A DNA stretch of 64,000 nt from Eledone cirrhosa (lineage: Eukaryota). Below are positions 42,855 through 54,644 of the stretch, one piece after another. Location of the stretch: contig OZ024760.1 of NCBI GenBank assembly GCA_964016885.1, positions 16,740,001-16,804,000 on the forward strand, in the 5' to 3' direction. The notes beneath the pieces are model-generated. The model had not been told where the DNA came from. It searched no databases and saw only the letters and a list, made by a program, of their open reading frames with translations. Position 1 is the stretch's first letter; every line of letters begins with the position of its first letter. The position numbers and the translations under genes are program-made.

Positions 42855-43160
42855 ATTTATATATATATGTATATATACACACCACACCTATATATGTGTG
42901 TGTGTACACTTTCTAATGACTGTTCTGAGAATGAGTAACTAGGTAAAATCCCAATGCCAAACCTGACCAATTCCATATATATACACTATATATACACTAT
43001 ATATACACTATATATAGTATATATGTAGAGGAAGTGATTTAGTCTTGATGTTCTAGCAACAGAGGTCTGTCTTCACAAATCTTTCCCATGTAAGCTAACT
43101 TATTGTTTTTTCATCTATCTCTAACCTCTTCAACTTCTCTCTCTCTCTCTCTCTCTCTCA

Positions 43161-43208
<48 letters not shown>

Positions 43209-43471
43209 TTATATATATATATATATCATCATTTTATGTCCGCTCTTCCCTGCTTGCAAGGGTGGGACGGGTCTTATTCAGCACAGCATCTCTCCACTCG
43301 TCACGGTCCTTCGTCATCTCCACCGTGAGCTTCAATGTTTTTCGTGGTCTACCTCAACCACGTCTTCCTTCAACTGGCATGGCATATATATATATACATA
43401 TTTATATATATATATATATATATCATCATCATCATCATTATTTTATGTCTGCTCTTCCCTGCTTGCAAGGG

Positions 43472-43504
<33 letters not shown>

Positions 43505-43659
43505 TACAGTCCTATACAAGCGAGACACAGTCACCCAATTAATCTTGCCTCAGGTGGGAGCAATTCCCTTCTTAACCCCTGCTAGTGTGGAAGATGGAGA
43601 TTAAATGACGATGATGATGATATGATGATATATATATATATGTGTATATATATATGTAT

Positions 43660-44003
43660 ATCATCATCATCATCATCATCATTTTATGTCCGATTTTCCC
43701 TGCTTGCAAGGGTGGGACGGGAACTGATTCTGGCTTGATTTCTACAGCTTGATGCCCTTCCTAACACCAACCTCATTTACAGTGAGTGCTTGGTGCTTTT
43801 TTGCCGTGGCACCTCCACGACCACTTTGCAGTGGAATGATATGGACCTCAGTCCCTATCATCTCATTTCTACAGCTGAGTAAACTGGAACAATGTGAAAT
43901 AAAGTCTCTTGCTCAAGGAAACAACACATCACCTGGTCCGAGAATTGAACTCACAACCTTTCGATTGCAAGGCCAATGCTCTAACCACTAAGCCATATGC
44001 CTC
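43660..44003 (-). mobile_element. Full-length tRNA-CORE SINE with RTE-derived tail
   Basis: Reverse complement of 48990-49330. Confidence 0.85.
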
Positions 44004-44048
44004 TATATATATGTATATATATATATACGTATATATATATATGTATAT

Positions 44049-44435
44049 TGGAGAGAAATGAGGCAAGCATGCTCCGTTGGATGTGCAATGTCAATGTGCG
44101 TGAACGACCCAGCATGGATGTGTTAAGAGAGAAACTGTGTCTGAGAGGGATAGAATGTAGTGTGCGAGAGAGGAGACTGAGGTGGTATGGACATGTGATG
44201 CACATGGAGGATGACCGATGGGTGAAGAAGTGCCAAGAAATGCCAGTTGAAGGAAGACGTGGTAGAGGTAGACCACGAAAAACATGGGCGGAGGTGGTGA
44301 GAACAGACCTCAGATCGCTGAAGCTCTCGGTGGAGATGACAAAGGACCGTGATAAGTGGAGAGATGCTGTGCTGAATAAGACCTGTCCCACCCTTACAAG
44401 CAGGGAAGAGCGGGCGTAAAATGATGATGATGATG

Positions 44436-44440
<5 letters not shown>
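44049..44440 (+). mobile_element. RTE LINE 3' end with (TGA)n tail; minus fragments at 43225-43380 and 6762-6830
   Basis: ERNEASMLRWMC...[20 protein letters not shown]...GRPRKTW...DRDKWR. Confidence 0.92.
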
Positions 44441-44474
<34 letters not shown>

Positions 44475-44527
44475 TCCGTTCCTCTCATCAGGCTTTACTT
44501 TCTATTTATCTTCTAGTTCTATCTCTA

Positions 44528-44563
44528 TCTTCTGATGAACGACTAGTGTCCGAAACGTTAAGA
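44528..44563 (+). ncRNA. Minimal hammerhead ribozyme motif (family Q), ~280 bp upstream of the MCT exon at 44841
   Basis: TCTT CTGATGA AC-GAC-TAGT-GTC-C GAAA CG TT AAGA. Confidence 0.6.
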
Positions 44564-44776
44564 CTCTCTTCCTGCTATTTCAAGCGTTAAACTAATATAT
44601 TTGTTCCATGTACTATGCCATTTGTTTTGTTGTTTTTGTTATTACTTATATATATATACTTATGTTTGTGTGTGTATGTGTATGTACAACATGAATGGAG
44701 CTGTTATTTTTATCTAAATACTTTTTTTCCAATTCCATATATATCTATATACATATATATATATATATATATACAC

Positions 44777-44813
<37 letters not shown>

Positions 44814-44840
44814 AATATTCATATGTGTTTATGTTTTTAG

Positions 44841-45091
44841 GGATGTTTCCGACACACCAGAAGAAGCTACAACTCCAAATACCACTCCCGATGCTCCCAA
44901 GAAAAAGAGAAGACATTACACAGTCAAACAGTATATGGTATTGTTTGGAGCTTGGGTGAACCTTTACATGTGTATAGCATTACCATCCTCTTTGACTGTC
45001 ATCTATGTAGAGTTTATCTACCATTTTGATTCCAGTCGAGCAAATGCTGGTCTCGTTGTGTCGCTCTGTGGGGGAATGCGAGGATGTGCTG
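44841..45091 (+). CDS. SLC16/monocarboxylate-transporter-like exon (TM1-TM2); not in the ORF track in this frame
   Basis: tttttag/gtaatt; DVSDTPEE...QYMVLFGAWVNLYMCIALPSSLTVIYVEFIYHFDSSRANAGLVVSLCGGMRGCA resembles MCT TM1 AFPKSITVFFKEI..F. Confidence 0.85.
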
Positions 45092-45120
45092 GTAATTAAT
45101 TTATCATTATTATTTGTTTT

Positions 45121-46200
45121 GTGGATTGGCAGTATCGGTAGAGGGTCGGACGCCATGCTAGGGCGGTGGATTGGCAGTATCGGTAGAGGGTCAGACGCCA
45201 TGCTAGGGCGGTGGATTGGCAGTATCGGTAGAGGGTCGGACGCCATGCTAGGGCGGTGGATTGGCAGTATCGGTAGAGGGTCGGACGCCATGCTAGGGCG
45301 GTGGATTGGCAGTATCGGTAGAGGGTCGGACGCCATGCTAGGGCGGTGGATTGGCAGTATCGGTAGAGGGTCGGACGCCATGCTAGGGCGGTGGATTGGC
45401 AGTATCGGTAGAGGGTCGGACGCCATGCTAGGGCGGTGGATTGGCAGTATTGGTAGAGGGTCGGACGCCATGCTAGGGTGGTGGATTGGCAGTATCGGTA
45501 GAGGGTCGGACGCCATGCTAGGGCGGTGGATTGGCAGTATCGGTAGAGGGTCGGACGCCATGCTAGGGCGGTGGATTGGCAGTATCGGTAGAGGGTCGGA
45601 CGACATGCTTTGACGCATAGAGTTACCATTGCCATTCTGAGTTCAAATCCCGCCGAGGTTGACTTTGCCTTTCATCCTTATGGGGTCGATAAAATAAAGT
45701 ACCAGTAATACACTGGGTAATTGCTGGCCTGGTGCCAAAAGTAGAAACAATTATTTGTTTTGTTGTTGTCTTGTTGTTTGTATTTTTATTATGGTTTGCC
45801 AGTATAGGTAGAGGGTCGGACGCTAGGCTATGCTTTGCAGCATAGAATTATGGCCCTTTACCTTCTGCGTTCAAATCCATCCCACTGAGGTTAACTTTGC
45901 CTTTCATCCTTGCAGGGTCGATAAAATAAAGTACCTGTCACGCACTGGAGTCGATTTAATCGACTTTCCCCTCCCCAAAAAATTGCTGGCCGTGTGCCTA
46001 TATAAGAAACCATTATTTTGGCAGTATCGGTAGAGGGTCGGACGCCATGCTTTGCAGCATAAAGTTCTGGCCCTTTGCGTTCTGAGTTCAAATCCCACCG
46101 AGGTTAACTTTGCCTTTCATCCTTGTGGAGTCAATAAAATAAAGTACCAGTAATGCACTGGGATAATTGCTGGCCTTGTGCCAAATGTGGAAACAATTAT
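45121..46200 (+). mobile_element. 11 x 45-bp tandem SINE heads followed by three tandem Meta-like SINE bodies
   Basis: Unit GTGGATTGGCAGTATCGGTAGAGGGTCGGACGCCATGCTAGGGCG at 45-bp spacing from 45121 to 45571. Confidence 0.9.
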
Positions 46201-46401
46201 TCTATGTACTATACATGCACCTTTGATGAGTTGTAGTGCACCTGAGCACTGTACACAATAATTTTCATTATTATGATGATGATGGATTGTGATTGTGGAT
46301 TGTGGATTTCATTATTATGATGATGATGATGATGATGATCAATAACAGCTGTCATCATATCTCTCTGTCTATCTATCATTCTATCTCCTTCTGTCTTTCA
46401 G

Positions 46402-46545
46402 GAATCCTGGCTGGTTTAATAGTAAACCGTATTGGTGCCAAATGGACAATATTTCTTGGTTCTATGTTAACTACATCTGGAATATTTAGCAGTTATTTTG
46501 CACCAAGTGTGATAGTCCTCTGTATAACATTGGGAGCAATAACAG
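46402..46545 (+). CDS. SLC16/MCT-like exon (TM2-TM4)
   Basis: tttcag/gtaact; GILAGLIVNRIGAKWTIFLGSMLTTSGIFSSYFAPSVIVLCITLGAITG contains the MFS motif A-like segment LVNRxGxR; phases 1/1. Confidence 0.92.
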
Positions 46546-46669
46546 GTAACTAGCAAATCTATATTATTATTATTATGTGTAAAATAAAGTACCAGTAATA
46601 CACTGGAATAATTGTGCCAAACAATTGTAGAAACAATTATTATTGTGTGTGTGGGGGGGTGTATATATA

Positions 46670-46749
46670 TTGGGTTGTAACATAAATTCCCGCCGTTGTT
46701 ATAAAACTTCTTAATAACTGAAACGGCGGGAATTTATGTTACAACCCAA
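46670..46749. mobile_element. 80-bp mariner-type MITE (MADE1-like architecture)
   Basis: TIR TTGGGTTGTAACATAAATTCCCGCCGTT, flanked by TA on both sides. Confidence 0.85.
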
Positions 46750-46911
46750 TATGTATGTGGGGGGGGGGGTATTGCAAGCAGGGAAAAGCGGATGTAAAAT
46801 GATGATGATGATTGTTGCTGCTGTTGTATACAATATTGGTTTAATATGTTGGTTATAGTGTCATATCTTGATTTTTATAAACACATGCATACACACACAT
46901 CACATACACAC

Positions 46912-47572
46912 AATTAAAATAATACGGTTTGCCTGTCTCGATTTAAAATAATAAATCAATAAAAATAAACCTATATTGGCAATAGCCATGATACCTGGAC
47001 AAATTTTAAATTTTAAATTTTAAATTTGTTTCGCAACAATTAAGTGAAAGTTCCTATTTCTGTGCTCTTCTGCAGGTATCCAGAAATTGGTAATTTTCAC
47101 TTCAAAATACTTAAGAAGACTGAGAGAAATGTGTTGTTGAAAGCACATGTGTCGCAGTGTCTAGCACGTCCTATACTCGTGCCGCTAAAAATAGCAGCCG
47201 GTTTTATGGGACTAAAAATTAGCTCACGCATAGAGTCTAGAGTATTGTATATAGAGTTATAAACTCAAATAGTCTTTTACAATTAATTGTTGCGAAACAA
47301 ATTTAAAATTTAAAATTTGTCTTATATCACGGCTATTGCCAATATGGGTTTGTTTTTATTGATTTATTATTTTAAATCGAGACAGGCAAACCGTATTATT
47401 TTAATTAGTATATTTCAATCTAGCTAACTTGGTCATTCGCAATACGAACACTTGTATACTTGTATCAGTGTTTATCTCTATCATATATTCCTTTGTATTA
47501 CACGGCTCAGAAATATTCCTTTCTTTGAGCTATTTAATTGTAAAAGACTATTTGAGTTTATAACTCTATATA

Positions 47573-47575
<3 letters not shown>
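46912..47575. mobile_element. Fold-back element of unknown family
   Basis: Inverted arms ~46912-47043 and 47283-47407, plus a second short inversion at 47525-47572 of 47247-47290. Confidence 0.55.
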
Positions 47576-47647
<72 letters not shown>

Positions 47648-47648
<1 letters not shown>

Positions 47649-47875
47649 ATTAGAAAGTCAACAACACAAAATATAACTACTCCATTACCAAAGGTTTCTG
47701 GATCACAAACAAATATAACATCTCTGTCTGACGACTGATCCAGGCATATATTATTATCGTCTGTGATCCAGAAACCTTTGGTAATGGAGTAGTTATATTT
47801 TGTGTTGTTCACTTTCTAATTAAATAGCTCTGTTCTATACATAGAGCACTCTTTTTTCCTTCAGAATTACCTAAC
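47648..47875. mobile_element. Family I fold-back element with hammerhead (47723-47788, +); relatives at 61788-62088 and 39196-39322
   Basis: TCTGT CTGACGA..GATC..GATC..GAAA CC-TTT-GG TA ATGGA; tail GCTC..GAGC. Confidence 0.7.
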
Positions 47876-47993
47876 ATATGTGTGTGTGTATGTATGTGTT
47901 ACATTTTTATTTGTATATTTATCTACCTGTCCTTCTCTCTACCTCTCACCCTTTCTCTCACTCATCCTCTCTCTCTCTCTTTCTCTCTGCTAG

Positions 47994-48788
47994 GAACTGG
48001 ATATTCCTTCGTCAATGTTGGCACCTTTGTCGCCCTTGGCAACATCTTTGGAAAGAAGATCAGCAACTTATCAATTGTGATAACGATGGCGCGACCCCTT
48101 GCCGCCATGACGATGCCACTCATCATAAAATTCTTGATGGACATATATGGATGGCGTTCATCTTTACTTCTGCTCTCAGCCTTTAACTTACATATCTGTG
48201 CCTTCTGTATGGTAATGGAGCCGGATAAGAAGAAACTGCCTCCCATACCACTGGACGTCGAAGATGTCTCGTCTACAGAAACGGAAACTTCTAGAAGTGA
48301 GAAAAAACCAGCCAAGAAGTTCTTCCATTTTTCCATATTCCACGAGAAAATGTATTTAGTGTTTATGGTGTTGTTAACTTTCCTTAACTCATCGTACAGC
48401 GGTGCCACAACTGTGATGGTAGATGTCGGTGTTGGGAGAGGATTTGGACTAAGTAGGACAGTTTTTGTACTTACATTGCGAGCATTCTCAGCTCTCTGTT
48501 CTCGGAGTATATCAGCCATAATTCACAGGACTAAGTGTATATCAAACATATCAATGCTGTGTTTTACAGGATTATCTCAAGGCTGTGGTCTTTTAATACT
48601 CTCTTATAGCATCAATTACACGTACTTTGTGCTGGGTAATGTCATAATCGGAATGTCGGGAGGAACAAGGAATTGTATGACACCAGCTATTATTATGGGT
48701 TTGGTCGGAATCGATCGATATGCATCTGGTTTAGGACTAACCACGACAATGACTGGATTTGGCGAAGTCATAAGTGGCCCTTTGGCAG
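47994..48788 (+). CDS. SLC16/MCT-like large exon (TM4-TM11)
   Basis: Long pyrimidine tract-tag/gttagt; ORF 47882-48793; MCT-like segments PLIIKFLMDIYGWRSSLLL, PAIIMGLVGIDRYASGLG, ISGPLAG. Confidence 0.95.
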
Positions 48789-48826
48789 GTTAGTCTTGCG
48801 TATTTATTACTTGATCTCTATCTATT

Positions 48827-48914
<88 letters not shown>

Positions 48915-48989
48915 CACTTCTATAAATGCACACACACATACATCAATGTATATATCATCATCATCATTATATATATATATATATATTAA

Positions 48990-49330
48990 TGGAGGCACAT
49001 GGCTTAGTGGTTAGAGCATTGGCTTTGCAATCGAAAGGTTGTGAGTTCAATTCTCAGACCGGGTGATGTGTTGTTTCCTTGAGCAAGAGACTTTATTTCA
49101 CATTTCTCCAGTTTACTCAGCTGTAGAAATGAGATGACTGGGACTGGGGTCCCTATCATTCCACTGCAAAGTGGTCGTGGAGGTGCCACGGCAAAAAAGC
49201 ACCCAGCACTCACTGTAAATGAGGTTGGTGTTAGGAAGGGCATCCAGCTGTAGAAATAAAGCCAGAATCAGTTCCCGTCCCACCCTTGCAAGCAGGGAAA
49301 AGCGGACGTAAAATGAATGAAATGATGATG
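48990..49330 (+). mobile_element. Full-length tRNA-CORE SINE with RTE-derived tail
   Basis: A box TGGCTTAGTGG, B box GAGTTCAATTC, CORE CCTTGAGCAAG..CAGCTGTAGAAATGAG, tail CCACCCTTGCAAGCAGGGAAAAGCGGACGTAAAATGA. Confidence 0.88.
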
Positions 49331-49389
49331 ATATATATATATATATATATATATAAAACAAAGGAAGTGTATTAAGGAACCAGGTTATT

Positions 49390-50465
49390 ACCATTATTAT
49401 TTTTATTGCGCATAATTACTGCTTTACCAAGCACAGCTCTGTGTTCCTTGGTTATGAGCAGTGTAGTTTTTGCTGATGTTGTTTCTATTGTATTGATAGT
49501 ACTTTTCGTAATATGTGTGCAGTACCTAGTAGTGTTATCTTTTGTATGCTGTATATATTTGTAAGTCCTGGGGTACTCTATATAATATATATACAGTACC
49601 TAGTAGTGTTATCTTTTGTATGTTGTATATATTTGTAAGTCCTGTGGTACTCTATATAATATAATATATATACAGTACCTAGTAGTGCTATCTTTTGTAT
49701 GTTGTATATATTTGTAAGTCCTGTGGTACTCTATATAATATATATACAGTACCTAGTAGTGTTATCTTTTGTATGTTGTATATATTTGTAAGTCCTGTGG
49801 TACTCTATATAATATATATACAGTACCTAGTAGTGCTATCTTTTGTATGTTGTATATATTTGTAAGTCCTGGGGTACTCTATATAATATATATACAGTAC
49901 CTAGTAATGCTATCTTTTGTATGCTGTATATATTTGTAAGTCCTGGGGTACTCTATATAATATATATACAGTACCTAGTAATGTTATCTTTTGTATGCTG
50001 TATATATTTGTAAGTCCTGGGGTACTCTATATAATATATATACAGTACCTAGTAATGCTATCTTTTGTATGTTGTATATATTTGTAAGTCCTGGGGTACT
50101 CTATATAATATAATATATATACAGTACCTAGTAGTGTTATCTTTTGTATGTTGTATATATTTGTAAGTCCTGTGGTACTCTATATAATATATATACAGTA
50201 CCTAGTAATGTTATCTTTTGTATGCTGTATATATTTGTAAGTCCTGGGGTACTCTATATAATATATATACAGTACCTAGTAATGCTATCTTTTGTATGCT
50301 GTATATATTTGTAAGTCCTGGGGTACTCTATATAATATAATATATATACAGTACCTAGTAGTGTTATCTTTTGTATGTTGTATATATTTGTAAGTCCTGG
50401 GGTACTCTATATGTATTGGCTATGTATTTGTCTGTGTGTGTTTTTTTAGACATTCCTAGAGTACC
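49390..50465 (-). mobile_element. R4/Dong-like non-LTR 3' end containing a 12-copy 74/79-bp minisatellite (49520-50412)
   Basis: Minus translation GTLGM.KK..DKYIA..PGLTNIYSIQKITLLGTAHILRKVLSI followed by a 3' UTR and (TAA)n. Confidence 0.75.
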
Positions 50466-50869
50466 GAATTATTATATATACTAGCAGAAAAACCACCCCT
50501 AGGGTGGTTTTCTGCTAGCATGTGTAGTGTGTATATTGATATTATACACAAATATATATACATGTAGATATGATACATTAAATAACATCGTAATTGACAA
50601 TATCTACACTGTCTTATGTAATCAGTAACATAATCCATGATACATTAAAAAAGACGATATTATATATAAACAACATTAGGAGAAAATTAGTGACGGAAAT
50701 ATATGAATGTTTATTTAAGCGATCGCTAACCGGATGTGTTGACATTTGAAAATTTTAAAGAAGTGAATCTTAAAATAAGCCACAAAATTATTTATAACTA
50801 ATAAAATATAACGAGATTTAGTAGATAAATTATGTAATATTCATTCATTATTTATTCAAAGTAATGAAT

Positions 50870-51060
50870 GGCGGTGGATTGGCAGTATCGGTAGAGAGTT
50901 GGACGCCATGCTTTCCAGCATAGTTACGTCCCTTTACGATCTGAGTTCAAATCCCGCCGAGGTTGACTTTGCCTTTCATCCTTACGGGGTCGATAAAATA
51001 AAGTACCAGTAATGCACTGGGTAATTGCTGGCCTTGTGCCTAAAATAGAAACAATTATTT
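50870..51060 (+). mobile_element. Meta-like SINE flanked by a 19-bp direct repeat
   Basis: ATTATTTATTCAAAGTAAT at 50847-50865 and 51054-51072. Confidence 0.85.
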
Positions 51061-51394
51061 ATTCAAAGTAATCCAACTTATTTTACAAACGGGATAAAAA
51101 AAATATATTCTGGACGCAGTCCCCCACTCCTTACTTTATTATAGTTTAGATTGTTTCTGTTTTCATTTTCCACATTCAAGTGTATTTCTATCTCTAGATC
51201 TTTATATTTGTAGAGTTTCTCTATTTCCTTGGAAGATATAGTGTCATCTGTTGGGGTTGATACATCTATTAGAAGGCATTTTTTTTTCTTTGTGGTCTTT
51301 GACTCTAATATCTGGTCGGTTGGCTTTGGTTTCTCTGTCTGTATATGTTGGCATATCCCAGATTATTATTATTATTTTTTATTGTCCTTTTCAG

Positions 51395-51549
51395 GTAAAA
51401 TCGCCGACATGCGACACGACTATCAGTTATCATTATTTCTCAGTAGTATGATTAGTTTGATCTCAGCATCCCTTGTGATGTTAGTTCCTGCTGTGTTGTT
51501 CTGGAGATCCCATTGCCGTAAAGACGAGGAAACAGCAGAAACATCATAA
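51395..51549 (+). CDS. SLC16/MCT-like terminal exon (TM12)
   Basis: ttttcag acceptor, phase 1; GKIADMRHDYQLSLFLSSMISLISASLVMLVPAVLFW...ETS-stop resembles MCT G.L.D..G.Y. Confidence 0.9.
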
Positions 51550-51879
51550 GCAACAACAGCAACAACAGCAGCAAGAACAATAGCAGCAGCAGCAGCAGCA
51601 GCAGCATGAACAGCAACAACAACAACAACAACAACAACAACAAGTCAGTGACGATCACTTCTACAGGGTAGCTCATTCATTGACCAGCTTGAAATAGCAG
51701 CCAGAACTTCCTCAAATTACATCTAATTCTGCTAAAAGAAAGAAGAGAGAGAGAAAAGAAGAAGGAAGAAAGGACACATTAGACAGTGTAGTCCTAGGTA
51801 CACTGTGTCTGAATATAAATGTCTTTCATGGTTTTGTTAGGTGGTTCTAGATTGTTTAGCTTGTTTTCAAGAGAGAGCA

Positions 51880-51946
51880 GTTACTACTACCACCACCACT
51901 ACCACCACTATTATTACACCACTACCACCACTATTGTTACACCACA

Positions 51947-51990
<44 letters not shown>

Positions 51991-52009
51991 TACTACTACT
52001 ACTTCCACC

Positions 52010-52053
<44 letters not shown>

Positions 52054-52181
52054 TACCACCACTATTATTACACCACTACCACCACTATTGTTACACCACA
52101 ACTACTACTACTACCACCACTACCACCACCACCACCACTACTACTACTACTACTACCACCACTACTACTACTACTTCCACC

Positions 52182-52225
<44 letters not shown>

Positions 52226-52470
52226 TACCACCACTATTATTACACCACTACCACCACTATTGTTACACCACAACTACTACTACTAACACTACTACCACTA
52301 CTACCACCACTACTACTACTACTTCCACCACTACCACCACCACCACCACCACTACTACTACCACCACCACCACCACTACTACTACTACTACTACTTCCAC
52401 CACCACCACCACTACTACTACCACCATCACCACTACTACCACCACCACCACCACTACTACAACAACAAAA
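51880..52470. repeat. (CTA/CCA)n low-complexity block
   Basis: Direct reading. Confidence 0.9.
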
Positions 52471-52659
52471 TTAACTAAATGAATTAAAAAAATTATAATA
52501 ATGATAAAAAACATAAATAAACAAATAAATATAAAAACAACAACAACAACAGCAGCAGTAGCAGTGCCAAAAGGTAAAGGACAGAAAGAACCTCCTTGTG
52601 TTAGAGAGTTCCTTAGAAGTTGTTCACCATTCCATGTTGTTCTTCTTGTGCTTGTATGG

Positions 52660-53489
52660 AGGTACCATATACAATTTAATATACACTTATATATATATAT
52701 ATAAGTATATGTATGTATGTATATATATATAATGTATATAAGTATATATATATATGAATAAAAATATATATATATATATATAAATAAAATATATATATAT
52801 GTATATATATATATGGAGATACCATATACAATTTAATATACACTTATATATATATATATAAGTATATGTATGTATGTATATATATATATATAATGTATAT
52901 AAGTATATATATATATGAATAAAAAAATATATATATGAATAAAAAAATATATATATATATAAATAAAATATATATATATATATGGAGATACCATATACAA
53001 TTTAATATACACTTATATATATATATAAGTATATGTATGTATGTATATATATATAATGTATATAAGTATATATATATATGAATAAAAAAATATATATATG
53101 AATAAAAAAATATATATATATATAAATAAAATATATATATATATATGTATATATATATATGGAGATACCATATACAATTTAATATACACTTATATATATA
53201 TATAAGTATATGTATGTATGTATATATATATAATGTATATAAGTATATATATATATGAATAAAAAAATATATATATGAATAAAAAAATATATATATATAT
53301 ATAAATAAAATATATATATATATATGTATATATATATATGGAGATACCATATACAATTTAATATACACATATATATATATATAAGTATATGTATGTATGT
53401 ATGTATATATAATGTATATAAGTATATATATATATATATGAATAAAAAAATATATATATATATAAATAAAATATATATATATAAATAAA

Positions 53490-53520
<31 letters not shown>

Positions 53521-53525
53521 TGTAT
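52660..53525. repeat. AT-rich tandem repeat of ~150-180 bp, about 5 copies
   Basis: GGAGATACCATATACAATTTAATATACAC recurs at ~52658, 52815, 52984, 53161 and 53340. Confidence 0.85.
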
Positions 53526-53644
53526 ATATTCTTTCTATTTTTGGAAACAACCCACCACCCACACCAGTTGGGGGTTTAGTAGATACATCAGATTAGTTCA
53601 GGTTCCCAAAACACCTGTAAAAATTATCACCTTTATCAGAACTC

Positions 53645-54480
53645 CTGGCATCGTTCGTGGCACATAGTTGCGGCCCTTTACTGTCTGAGTTCAAATCCCG
53701 GCCAGATCAGCTTTGCCTTTCATCCTTACAAGGTCGATAAAATAGAGTACTGGTACCGGTAATGCACTGGTGTCAATTTAATCAACTCTTCCCCCTCCCC
53801 CGCCAAACATTGCTGTCCTTGTGCCTAAGGTAGAAACAATTATTGGTTGATTGGCAGAATCGGTAGAGGGTTGGACGCCATCGTTTCTAGCATAGAGTTA
53901 CGTCCCTTTACGATCTGAGTTCAAATCCCGCCGAGGTTAACTTTGCCTTTCATCCTTACGGGGGTCGATAAAATGAAGTACCAGTAATGTGCTGGGGGTA
54001 ATTGCTGGCCTTGTGCCTAAAGTAGAAACAATTATCATCATTTATAAGGGCAGTGGTAGAGCTTCGGACAAAATGATTTGCAGCATAGCGTTATGGCCCT
54101 TTACGTTCTGGGTTTAAATCCCACTGAAGTTAGCTCTGCCTTTCTTCCTTATGGAGTTGATAAAATAAAGTACCAGTAATGCACTGGGTTGATGTAATTA
54201 ACTTCATCTCCCTCAAAACATTGTTGGCCATGTACCTAAATTAGAAATCCTTATTGGCAGAATCAGTAGAGCGTCGGACAATATGCTTTGTGGCATAGAG
54301 TTACGGCCCATTAGGTTCTGAGTTCAACTCTTGCCGAGGTTAGCTTTGCCTTTTATCCTTATGGAGTTAATACAATAAAGTACCAGTAATGCACTGGGGT
54401 TGATTTAATCAACTTCCCCCCCCTCTCTCCTTCAAATTGCTGGCCTTGTGCCTAACGTAGAAACAATTATTATTATTATT
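53645..54480 (+). mobile_element. Four tandem Meta-like SINEs; further + copies at 19170-19310, 40160-40255, 56625-56730, 57188-57315, 57847-58035
   Basis: Repeated B box plus GCCTTTCATCCTT..AAGTACCAGTAATGCACTGG. Confidence 0.85.
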
Positions 54481-54644
54481 GTTGTTGTTATTATTCTTGT
54501 ACGAGAGAGACAAACCAGATAATATTTATGATAATACATCACATCACAGTTATATTGTACTTATTGCATTTCTCATACAACCTGATACGATGTCATACAT
54601 ACAGGGATGCTGAAACGGCCATGGCTTTGGGTAAACAAATATAT

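Noticed and set aside
45121-45600. Regular direct repeats suggestive of a CRISPR array (also 27935-29185 and 49520-50412)
   Set aside because: No unique spacers, eukaryotic context, no cas genes; units derive from retroelements.
47100-47325. GAAA-long stem-GTC in the fold-back element at 46912
   Set aside because: No credible CUGANGA or stem I partner found by eye.
48990-49065. tRNA gene candidates (A and B boxes)
   Set aside because: These are SINE heads continuing into CORE or Meta-like domains; no full cloverleaf or terminator.
50481-50518. Short palindrome CTAGCAGAAAAACCACCC/GGGTGGTTTTCTGCTAG
   Set aside because: Single small hairpin with no family or functional context in this window.
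51550-51642. Poly-Q-like CAG/CAA tract
   Set aside because: Lies after the MCT-like stop codon (3' UTR); not coding in the supported frame.
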